Positions 14,201 to 26,946 of a stretch of DNA of 64,000 nucleotides are shown here, one piece after another. The stretch is from Amoebidium appalachense (Eukaryota > Protista > Ichthyosporea): positions 9,831,059-9,895,058 of the forward strand of contig CAVNZM010000002.1 in assembly GCA_963693365.1 (NCBI GenBank). Reading direction: 5' to 3'. Under the pieces are notes generated by a model that made no database searches, was not told where the DNA came from, and was given only the letters and a program-made list of their open reading frames with translations. Numbering within the stretch: position 1 is the stretch's first letter; each line of letters begins with the position of its first letter. A program made the position numbers and the translations under genes.

Positions 14201-15647
14201 GGAGGTTGACGAGATGACGGCCGGTAAGTCGGTCGAAGAGGAATGACGGAGTGGAGGCATCGTTCAAATCACCCTTGATGTATTCGGCAGCAGCTTGGGA
14301 TGTTGAAATGAGGAAGGCTTGGCCAGACGGAGTGTAGTAGGCTTCAATGGTAAGGGTGGCAGTGCCATGGTCGGTGGTGGTGTTGATGACGATATGGCCG
14401 GTGTGAGTGGCCAAGACGGGGGTGCCATTGAAGGCAGCAACGGGAGTCGGTGTCGGAAGGGGAGTGAGATCATGGAAGAACTCACGGGTGGGGCAGACAG
14501 TCATGTTGCACCCGGAATCCCAGGCAGGGTCGGAGGACACGGGGACGGAGCTAGCATTGTATGCCGAGAAAGCAAAGGAGACAGATTTCTCACTGCCTTG
14601 ACGGGAACGGTTGTGTCTGGACATACGGCATTTCGGCTCAGGGCAATCGATGATCGTGTGATCAGGCTCGTGGCAGTAGGAGCATGCTTTCACGGACGGG
14701 GTGTTAGAACGAGCCGGGGAATCAGAACGACGGGAACCCGAGAAACGGGAACGGCTGGGGGAACGAGACGTGGACCGGAAGGCAGGCCGGTGTGGGGAAC
14801 GGGAGCGGGTGGGCTGACGGGAGAGACGAGTTCGGAGGTCCGTACCGGGGGTACGGTCAAGTCGGTTGCGTAAGTCACGGCGAGGAAGATCACGGGGGGG
14901 AGCACTGGCATTTAATGCCATGCTGGACTTGGGGGCACGGTGGGCACGGTTGCTCCGGAGTTGCATCTTGAGGTCTTGACGTAACTCGATGCCCTTGACG
15001 TGGTTGTGGAGGGACTCGAAGTCGGGGAATAGCTTATCACCGAAGTGATAGTCTTCGATAAGGCGGTTGAACTCAGGGGTGAGGTCGTCTCTGGTGGTGA
15101 GTTCATTGAAGAACTTCTCAGCTAGACGAGTGAAGTGAATGGACTCATCTTGGAGGGACTGGAGCTGGTTCACGATGGTCTGCAGACGGCTCAGGTAGGT
15201 GGTGAATGATTCACCGGGCTGAAGGGCACAGGCATCCCACTGACGGTGAAGGATGCGGATCTGATCGGGTTTGCCTTGGAGATAGTGTTGACGGAATTTC
15301 CACATGGCCCGTTCAGGGTCCATGCCAATACGGTACTGGGCAACGGTGGTGAGGACGGAAGGGTCGATGTTCTGTATCATATGGAGCAGGAGGCAATTGC
15401 GGGCCTCCTTGAGTTCCGCGGTAGTGCCGTAGCCATAGAAGGGGGGTTCACCGTCAACCGCGACGGTGGTAGGGGGGACGTAGTTGTCAGCAAGTACAAC
15501 ATCCACGAGTCGGACACCTTTAGTGCCGGTCATCATGCCGAGAAAAATGATTTCCCATTGAAAATAGGTGGTTTTGCTATCGGGACCAGTCTTCCCTTCA
15601 CCTTTCCACATGGTGATTTTGTTTACGCCAGTTTTGTTTGGATCCAT
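11239..15647 (-). CDS. Copia-1 gag-pol polyprotein (two frameshifts in homopolymers near 13085 and 12815)
   Basis: CSYCHEPDHTIIDC knuckle, WDSGC protease, WHHRLGH/CHGC and FDSGSEF/NGYVER integrase, KARGVAQGFSQ/YVDD RT, YTDADFAG/ADILTKPL RNase H. Confidence 0.92.
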
Positions 15648-15709
15648 GATTGAAAAACGAGCGCGAGTTCTAGATGTGTGTAGGGAGCGTGCAAAAGGGC
15701 TGCATAACC

Positions 15710-16641
15710 TGTTAAATTGTATAAGTATTTGGGATGTAAGCAGAGACACAGTGGTGCAGTGTGAAAACACCACAGACACACAACAACAAAACACGGAAGG
15801 ATCGGAGAAGTGTACACAACAGACATCAATGTTTAGACACGACTGAACTCAATTTATTTTGATCGCTAATAAATACCTGAAATTCCCTTAAGTTAAATCC
15901 ATACATGATTTCCGACCAGTCGGAAATCAGATCTATGTCTAAAATAACCAATCACAATTAACTGATTATTTCCCGGATAGATCCGGAGACACAGGAACGC
16001 ACACCATAGGTCACAGCTATAAGAAAGAAAAGAGGTGAAGAGTAACGAGGAAAGAGGTGATGTTTCTAACCTATCAACGGCTACAAAGACTCAGACATTT
16101 TCTGACTAAGTCCACTGATTGGATATAGTACGGCAACACACAAAACAAAAGTGGTTGACTAAGCTATGAATCATACCTGACAAGCTAAAGTGTAACCTAA
16201 GTGTTTTTCTACCAATCAAAACATAACGAGTAATATAAATCTACTCAACGTATATTAGTGAGAGAGAAATATAATTATGTGAAAGGAAACAAGAGAAGAA
16301 AGAAAGAGAAAAGAAAGAAGAAGAAAGAGGAAAAAGAAAAGAAAGCAGGACAGAAAACACGAACAGCAAAACACAGTTATAACCGAAGATATTCATGTAC
16401 ACATAACATGTACACGTTTCTCCCTCACTGGGTAGACTCGTGTACCTATAATCAGTTGCTGTAATCGATATCTAAACACACGAATATAGCCGACACAACA
16501 CGATTACAAGTACTCAAATACACTGGAGATCGATGTCATAATTTACGTACAAGGAGCACATCTTTTTCATTAAGTAAATGAATGAAAACATAACACGAAC
16601 TGAGAAGATCTTACAATATGTAAATACTACGTATTATAACA
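15710..16641 (-). repeat. 5' LTR of copia family 1
   Basis: Followed on the minus strand by PBS GGTTATGCAGCCC. Confidence 0.95.
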
Positions 16642-17043
16642 GGAGGGGGAGGGGCATTAGTGCAAGGGCAGAAATTTTTGACCCGATTGCTAGTTTCTGC
16701 CTCCGATCCCCTCCCCCTCCCCTCCCCCCACCCTCCCCGCCTCCGCCCCCCCCCCGTCATCCATCATACCCTAACCCCCTCGGCCCCCCCTCCCCTCCCC
16801 CCTCAATGCCCTCCCCCTGGCCCCTCTCCTTACCCCACCCTTCCCCTCCCCCTCCACCCCCCGCCCTCCCCTCACACACACACACACATACACTACCATC
16901 ATCACCACCACCATCAGCATTAGCCACCGTCTTCAATGCTCCAATCACATTCCGAGCAACCACCCCTCCTTCCCATTTCTTTCATCTTTCACGAAATGCT
17001 TACCGGGTCAGCAACCCCCAGCCCCTTTCTCTCTCTCTCTCTC

Positions 17044-17090
<47 letters not shown>

Positions 17091-17224
17091 AGCTCCCCCT
17101 CCTCCCCCCAACCCCCCAAAACAAACTTTGAAAAAAAAAATTCCCTCCTTGTAAGTTCCCAGGCTCCTCATTTGTCATTCGTGTGCATCCCTAAGTAGCG
17201 CCTTATTATCCCCCCCCCCCCCCC

Positions 17225-17274
<50 letters not shown>

Positions 17275-17404
17275 GCCCTCCCCACCCCCTCCTTCCCACA
17301 CCACCACCACCACCACACATGCACACACACAAAACTCAACACAAACACGCGCGCGCACGCACACACGTGCGCGCACACACACACACACATGCACACACAC
17401 ACAA

Positions 17405-17454
<50 letters not shown>

Positions 17455-17959
17455 TGGCACACACACATCGTAACGGCGTAACCAGCCTTCCGGGACATTT
17501 TTTTTTTATAACGGGAAAATAGTATCCATTTAGCGCAATAAAAATGAAGCCTTACCAAACCAGCAACTCAATCCGGGATGTGTAATTTGAAGTTTGTGCT
17601 ATACGTACATTTATACGTTCAAACTTTAAAACAGAACTTTGCATGGCTAAAATTTCTTGATCCTGAAAACCCAGAAAATTTCTGACGATCATGCCCCAGG
17701 CTGGGCTTAGTGGACTACTCGCAAATCCGCGGCACGAAAGAGTTTTGGGAGACTGGTGACACAAACTCTCAGCCAATCGTATGTTAGATGCTTTTTAGGG
17801 CCTCGATTCAAAGAGGCACAACGCTGATTTTTTCGTTTTTCATTTATCACCTTTTTTGGCTACTAGTTTGCAATTGCAGTACGCAATGCTATTGGTCAGT
17901 TGGTGTTACGTTTAGGCCAGTCAGAGCATGGCAGGGACGATGAAATCCATGGTTTCGTC

Positions 17960-18450
17960 CTCCTTAAGGGAATATGGCCCTGGGGTGTTGCTTAATCCCG
18001 TGGTGCCTTCCTACTTAAGCCTTGAATATCTTCCCTTTTAGGGAATGCCTTCCTATTTAGGAAATGCTTAAGGCCCTTATTATCGTACTATCAAGGGAAT
18101 CCCTCAATGATCTGGGGAGTGCCCTACTACTTAGGGAAAGTAGCCTAAGGGACTCTTCCTTCCTATTTAGGGCCCGAACCTCTAATTCTCCTAAAATGCC
18201 TTCCTACTGGAAATCCTTACTATCTCAGACTAGGGAATGCTTTTCTGTTTGTCGAAAGCCGCGACTGTTTAGGAAATGCATTCCTATACAGGGCGGTCTA
18301 ACTACTTAGCTAAGCTAGGAAATGTCTTTCCTATTAAGGGAATGCATTCCTTATTAGGGAATGCCTTCCTATTCCGGGGAATGTCTTTCTATGTAGGGAG
18401 TGCCTTCCTTCCTCTGAAGCGCTTTCCGAATAGGGAATGCCTTGATTGCA
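17960..18450. repeat. Degenerate minisatellite of a quasi-palindromic unit of about 20 bp, TAGGGAATGCCTTCCTAT
   Basis: More than a dozen imperfect copies, best preserved at 18316-18420. Confidence 0.75.
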
Positions 18451-18621
18451 ACTTTTTTCTTTTTGCCCGGAGTGTAAACTGTTCAACCGGGCCGCACTGT
18501 AGTACACGTAAGACTGTCATGGGGGGGGGGTCAAAACTCACCTCCCTCCCCCTCCCCCCCCCCCTCCCCCCTCGCCCCGCACGTCAGCTTTCCTTTGGCC
18601 TAACATGCCAGTCTTCCTCCT

Positions 18622-18660
<39 letters not shown>

Positions 18661-19919
18661 ACCTCCATACACACACACATACAACCTCCCACCATATTGA
18701 AGAAAATATAGGGAGGGGGAAAAATAAAAGGGTAAAAAAAATGGGCCAGAGCCATTTCTTCGCCTTATTTTCCAAGTCACTCGGTATGAACAATTAGAAC
18801 ATCGAAGCCTTCATAATCTTACACCTCAACGAGAATGCTGATTCGGGGCTTATTCAATTTGAAGAAGCCATGCCAATATATGATTAGATATGTTGATGAT
18901 CGAACAGCTCAACGTTACGGGAAAGAGGGCCGGAGAGGGGGGGAGAGCGGGAGGGGGAGCCGGGAGAGATTGAGGAAGCGCGAGAATAGGTGAGGTGGGA
19001 AGGGAGAGGGGGGGGCGGAGGGGGGAAGGGAGAAAAAGTAGAGATGAACGGAGAGACTGTCACCCCGGCAGGGAGGCTACAACAAACAAACAAAAAAAGA
19101 GAGAGAGAGAGGGGGGGAGGGGGGGGGGGGGGGAGGGTGAAGGGGGGAGGGGGGGAGGTTTGAGATATGGGAGGTTATTTGCAGTGTCTCGGTTTTAGAG
19201 GTTAGGTGAGAGGGGGAGGGGGGGAGGGGGGGAGGGGGGGAGGGGGGCAGGGGGGAGGGGGGAGGTCCTGGGTTGGAAAACTGAAGCCCATGCAGTGATA
19301 AGTGAAACTGTACTGTGTCCAGCAAACGTTAGAAAACATGAACCGTAAGTTCACAGATGGTGCCGGGGTTAAAGCATTCTTCACGGACAGGCATCCTGGG
19401 GATTCAGTATCCCCCCTTCCCCCCCCCCCCCCCCCCCCCCCCCCCCTCTCCCCCCTCCCTCCCCCCCCCCCCCCCCCTGCTCCGGGTCATCTTGCACCCT
19501 CCCCCCTCTCCCCTCCCCCCTTCCCCCCTCCCCCCTCTCCCCCCCGTCCACGCACACACACACACACACACACACGCACAAAAAAAAAAAAAATGGTAAG
19601 CAAGAAAAGAAAAAACAACAGCCGAGGAGGGTCACAAAACACCCACCCACGGTGACCCCCGCCCCTCTTCCTACTGAAGCGGCCCCAGCCTCAATCAAGT
19701 AATTTTTCTATGTGTACTGGCACCGTATTTTACTGATAGTGGCTCAGTGCCTACGGTTAATGTTGCAGCCTACACGACAAATCCTGCAGTAGTACCTATG
19801 TGTTTGGAATGAATTCGGCAAGTAGTCCCTGTGGTGGTGTATGTATCATATACCTTGCTGAGGATGAGGCTCTGGGTTGGGGGCTGGCGCCAGGTAGGGG
19901 GTGGAGCTGGGTTTGTGTA

Positions 19920-21000
<1,081 letters not shown>

Positions 21001-22102
21001 GTCACGTTGTGTTTGTGTGTATTACCAACACTGTGGGTGGGTGCCACTCAGGGGGGGAAGAGGTAGTGAGGCCCGGGAAGAGTTGTGGTTATAACCAGCA
21101 TCCTTTTTCTTAAAGCCCATGGGGAGTTGATATAATAATAGATAGTGAATACTACTATGGGTTGATAGACGGCCCATATGCATCAAGTGTATGAATGGAG
21201 GATTACTGAGCTGGGGTTTGGAAGCTCAACGTCTGAGGTACCGGTCTGACCGGTCCACGTGGTCCACTCTTTAAGAATAGATGTACACGAACGGAAAGTC
21301 AAAGTATGTAGTTACATGTCCTTCCAATGTTTTCCTTGAACCTTACTTTAGTTATAATTAGCTCGCCCCTGTAACGGATTTGAAAACAAAGAGTTCATAA
21401 GTGCAAGAGAACTGTTGTCTACAGGGCTCCATGGCCCGTTCCCCCAGACTCCCAGGCACACACGTGCACCGTGACCCACTCCGAGTCAAGCTTTAAGGGA
21501 GGGGCTCGGCTGGGCAGGGAGGGGGCGAAGGGCGCCGCTTGAAACTTGAACCGTTTCAGGCGTAAAGACAACCTCCCGGCCTCGTCCCCTGCAAGCACAG
21601 TGCCAGATTAACGTAGGAAAAGTTCAACTCACGAAAGAAATGTTCAACTTGAAGCACTATATTGTTATTAATTTGGTGTAGTTATTAATTTGGTGCAGCC
21701 TTACGCCGGCGGCATTTCACGGTCTGTGGCAGCCTATAGTGTTGTCGCTTTTGTCTTTGTGACTGAGAACGGCGGGCTGGCCCGCGTGGGTTTGTTTACT
21801 CGGTGTTATGTAACGTCAAATTTCTTTCAACAACCAAATATGGTCAACATTTTCCGAGCACCAATCATTGGCTTTAGACTTATTAGCGGAATAAAAATAT
21901 GATTGGGTTAGCCCTACCGTGTTACCAACCGGGATTGCTACCATGGCCTCGTGCCGTGGTCCGTGGACTGCATGTGTGTAGGCCGGTGCGTGCGTGCGCG
22001 CGTGTGCGTGCGTGCGTGCGTGCGTGTGCGTGTGTGTGTGCACATATATATATATATATATATGGTTGTGTGTATGAGTGACACGTGGTGTGTGTGTGTG
22101 TG

Positions 22103-22133
<31 letters not shown>

Positions 22134-23247
22134 ATCTAGATCGGCTCACGCCCGTGGATTGACAAAAACTACCTTGATACGTTGTTATCCAGTTGTTCCA
22201 GTCCTTCTTCTGAATCATCTGTTTTGAGTGACAGCCTGCAGCTATTTTCATGCAGTTACCAATAAATAGTTAACATTGTGTGAATACTACTGAATATGTC
22301 CATATAGTACGTCGTTGCATGGTGCATGCGGCAGGCAAATTCATTAGTATGACTCTATTTCTAAGCAGGTATGATTGGCTTCTAATCATTCCTAGCAAAC
22401 AATAGCTAGCCTATTTGCCAAATCTACATGATACTATTGAACTTGTTAGTGAAACCCGTCAGTTAAGACTTATATACTGAGTGAATAGATAGTTCCCGTT
22501 ACAAATCTTCATTTATAAAAAATGTTTTTTGCTGATGCCAAGAAATGCTCACAGCGATAAACGGTTAGAGACCTGTAATGCGTGGTACGGCGAAGGGGCA
22601 CATACCTCCAAATTTTAGAAAATCTGATTGGTCTATAATTTCCATTGGCTGTTGGCCAATGATGAATTTTTTCCCCGATTCCGAAGTCGGTCCCTACTAT
22701 CTCGAATTCGAATAATGAACGCAGTGTGTGCTTCCATTCTCCACTACTTTTCAAAAGATCGACTAGAAAAAAAATATTGATAAGCTAATCACTGCTTCTC
22801 TTTATACCCAAAATAATTGACAAGGAAACGTGGGCACGTTTGGGGCGTTTCCCGGTATTATTGAGCCATGTATATAGCAGAGGCTAAGTGTAGGGGGATC
22901 CCAGGCGGCTATTGGATGGTTCAAGAAGGAGGGATAGCTCGCCTTGCGGCTTTCTGGGGGAGGAGCGCAGCGCAGTCACGCTTGAGGAATTCAAAGCTTT
23001 ACTAAAGTTTTAATAAACTTATTAAGCCATTCATCGAATAGTGCTTCTAGCATCTGACTATAACATTAACCCTCCACTTTTAAAACCAACATAGCAGGGT
23101 CTCAAGCTTGATTTTGTTGCTTTACCTTATTCATCTTCTCGGTCTGTCTCTAGAAATTAGTAAACCTGCAAATTGAGCCTCGGATGGTCCGTACGCGTGG
23201 GCCTTTGTTGTTCAATAAGCGCGTTTTGGGGGATTGACACTCACGCG

Positions 23248-23310
23248 GCGGATTGGGGCGGAGCCCAAGGACAAAAAATATAAAAAGCAACTTGCCAACA
23301 AATTGAGCCA
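23248..23310 (+). promoter_or_regulatory. Putative core promoter of ATPase copy 2
   Basis: GCGGATTGGGGCG 23248-23260, TATAAAA 23279-23285, TTGAGCCA 23303-23310, shared with copy 1. Confidence 0.6.
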
Positions 23311-25989
23311 GTCGGGACAAAAAGGCCGAAGTGAAATCTTTTTAGGCCAAAACGTATGCGTTTAAACTCAGTAGATAGCCTACACACCGTTCTGTACTCT
23401 TGTAAGTACATACAGAAGTCATGCCCTTTTTCGACAGCAAGAAGAAGGCCGCTCAGTCACTTTCCTTTTCTGAGCGGCCGGAGGACTCCTCGAGATCCCT
23501 CTATAGCTTTGGTGATTCTGAAAAGGTAGGAGATTCGACCAACTCCCTTGCCAGTGTCAACTTTGGCGAAAACGATGTTGCGTGGCACTCAGTCGACAGC
23601 AGAGCTGAGGTAGAAAGAACACTACACACAAACTTCGAAAATGGTCTATCATCCTCGGAGGCCGAAGATCGCCTTCAATCCTAGTACGGCCCCAACCGCC
23701 TCACACCGGCAAAGAAGGCCACTTTCCTGCAGCGGCTATGGGCGCAGCTCAACAACATCCTCATCTTCGTGCTGGTGATGGCGGCCGTTGTCACCGCCGC
23801 ACTTGGCGAGTATGCCGAGACCGGGCTCATTGTCGGCGTGATTGTCATCAACGTGGCCATCGGGCTGGTGCAGGAGGGCAAGGCCGAGAAGGCTGCCGAG
23901 GCCATCAAGGCCATGCTCTCCCCCTCGGCCGATGTGCGGCGCAACGGGGAACAGGTCAGCGTGCCTGCCGAGGACCTGGTGCCGGGCGATATTGTGCTGA
24001 TCAAGAGCGGCGACAAGGTGCCGGCCGACCTGCGGCTGGTGGAGGTGGTCAATCTGCAGGTGCAGGAGGCCATGCTGACGGGCGAGTCCGTGCCCGTGTC
24101 CAAGAACCTTATCCCCGTGGCTGCAGAGGCAGCCCTGGGGGACCGCAAATGCATGGCCTACAGCGCCACCACGGTCATGAGCGGCAAGGGGGTGGGGGTG
24201 GTCGTGGCCACCGGCGACAACGCTGAGATTGGCAAGATCAACAAGATGGTCAACCAGGTGGAGAACGTCAAGACCAACCTGCTCATCCAGCTCGAGATTC
24301 TGGGCCGTTGGCTGTGTGTGCTGGTGGCCATCATTGCGCTAGCCGCCTTCCTTCTGGCCAAGCCGCGTGCCGGCGAGTCCTGGGCCGACGCGTTCAAGTC
24401 TGCCGTGGCCATTGCCGTGGCCATCATCCCCGAGGGCCTGCCTGCCGTCGTCACCATCACGCTGGCCATCGGCACCACGGTCATGGCCAAGCAGAACGCA
24501 ATCATCCGCCAGCTGCCTTGTGTCGAGACCCTGGGCAGCCTCAACGTCATCTGCTCGGACAAGACCGGCACCCTGACCAAGAACGAGATGACCGCCGTCA
24601 ACATCCGCACGGCCGCCCACCTGTATGGCGTCACGGGGGTGGGCTATGCCCCTGAGGGCACGTTCACGGACTCCTCCAACCGCCAGCTGGACGATGCGGC
24701 CATGGCCAAATTGCGGACTCTGCTCGAGGGGGGGGCTGCTGTGCAACGACTCTGCACTCGGCCGGGCCGTCAACAATGCGGGCCGGGAGGACTGGGTGCC
24801 CAACGGCGCGCCGACGGAGGTGGCACTGATCACGGCAGCAATGAAGGCCGGGCTGGAGAGCAAGGCCCTGCGCGAGAAGAAACCCCGGCTGGCGTCTGTG
24901 CCGTTCGAGTCCGAGCACAAGTTCATGGCCACGGTGCACAAGGACGGGGCCAAGACGGTCATGTACGTGAAGGGGGCACCGGACCGGCTGATGCGGCTGT
25001 GCAGCGGGCAGGTGGAGAACGATGACGTCAGCAGGGTCGGGGCGTTTGACGAGGGGTTCTGGCTGCAGGCGCAGGAGGAGCTCAGCAGCAAGGGCCTGCG
25101 GGTGCTGGCGCTGTGCCGGGCAGAGCTGGGGGCCGGCGAGAGCCTGGAGGGGCTGAGCCCGGCGGCCATCCTGGGGCGGCCGGCGTTCCTGTCCATGGTG
25201 TGCATGGTGGCCATCCTGGACCTGCCCAGAGACGAGGCCATCACGGCCGTGCGGGTGGCGCACGAGGCCGGCATCTTGGTCAAGATGATCACGGGGGACC
25301 ACTCCCTGACGGCGCTGGCCATCGGCAAGATGCTGGGCATCGAGGGCAGCGGCACCGTGCTGACGGGCCCCCAGGTCGACACCATGAGCGACGCAGACCT
25401 GGCCGGCGTTGTGCTGGGCTGCAACATCTACGCCCGCGCGTCACCCGAGAACAAGCTGCGCATTGTGCGCGCCCTGCAGTCGCACAGGCAGGTCGTGGCC
25501 ACGACGGGCGACGGCGTCAACGATGCGCCGGCACTCAAGGCCGCAAACATCGGCGTGGCCATGGGCATCACGGGCACCGAGGTCAGCAAGGAGGCCGCAA
25601 AAATGGTCCTGGCCGACGACAACATAGCCACCATCGTGGCCGCCGTGAGGGAGGGCCGCCAGGTGTGGGCCAACCTGCGCAAGATCTTGGTCTTCAACCT
25701 CCCCGTCAACTTTGCCCAGGGCACGTCCATCCTGTGGGCCTACGTCTTTGGGCCCCTGGGGGGCTTCCACGATGCACCACTCACGGCCATCCAAATTCTG
25801 TACGTCAACCTCGTCACCTCCGTCACCATCGGCATGATGCTTGCCGTCGAGCCCGCTGAGGAAAGTGTCATGCGCGAACCCCCTAGCCGCCCGGGCAAGC
25901 GTCTCTTGGGCAAGCTGGTGATCTGGCGCACGTTCTTTGTGTCGACGCTTTTGGTTGCTCTGGTTCTGGGCATGTTCTATTGGGGTGGG

Positions 25990-26760
25990 TGTTGGACATT
26001 GTGTTCATACTAGTAGAAGCTAGTTCTAGTGCACGTTGTTCCTTCTGTAAGTCAGAAATGATTGCATCTTGTGAGGCCAACCTCTGCTCCAGTAGTTGGA
26101 CTAGTTGCTGCAACTGTAAGTTGTCAGACATAGTGTCGTGTATGATGGGTAACTAGTCTATGTGTTTTGTGCACTGAAAACGACAGTAGAAAAGTGTAAA
26201 TCAAACGTTCTGCTTCCCATGTTTGTGACATGGGAGGCACTGCTTTATATAGTCGTTGGCCACCTCATGGTGGCCTCGTGTGCACCCTGGTGGTGGGCCA
26301 TGTACAGCATGGCCGAAAAGAGAGCACAATGAAAACAAGTCGTTAAAGATATAAAAGTTAACTGTGCACGTTGAGTGGCTAGTTAACTTGCACTAAAGCA
26401 CACAAATAAACGTGTTTAACACACCAATTGCAGTTAAACGTAAATCTTACTTCAAACAACTAAAAATATTCTGAGAATATCCGGGAATAAAGCACACTAC
26501 CACTCTAAGAATAGAATCCTGTGGCAAATATAGACATGACATCATCTGAACCGGGAATATTAATTAATGAGCACAATTAGGACGTTGCTAGTGAAGCTCG
26601 TCATTGGTACAGTTTTGGCTCAAACATATAACTACCATATATGAATATGACCGTAAACAAAAGCTCTATGCACTCGAGTGAGTGTTGAAACAATTATTCA
26701 ATTGCTCAGAAACTTTCTCTAACAGACATTGCTAGCCGGGAGTACCAGTGTACTCCAACA
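25990..26760 (-). repeat. Copia-2 LTR A (771 bp, 6-bp insertion)
   Basis: TG...CA ends; PPT complement CCCCTACTCAA follows at 26761. Confidence 0.95.
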
Positions 26761-26946
26761 CCCCTACTCAATTGGATAATTGTGGTATGAATTAATGCAA
26801 CTGAGCTCGAGTGCTTCAGGTGCACAAAATACAGACAATAAAGATTCCCCTACTCAATTTTAGTATGGTACACGTAGTTGCACAGTCGGATGCAACTCTC
26901 TCCCCCCCCCTGAAGTATGAGGGCGCAGTTGGTTGATGACGGGTGC

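Larger units (their letters stand above)
9862..16641 (-). mobile_element. Full-length Ty1/copia LTR retrotransposon, family 1
   Basis: 932-bp LTRs (TG...CA) at 9862-10793 and 15710-16641; TSD GGAGG at 9857-9861 and 16642-16646; PBS 15697-15709; PPT about 10794-10800; order gag-PR-IN-RT-RH. Confidence 0.97.

Noticed and set aside
17960-18450. CRISPR-like array
   Set aside because: Units are degenerate and mostly contiguous, without regular unique spacers; no cas genes; eukaryotic context.
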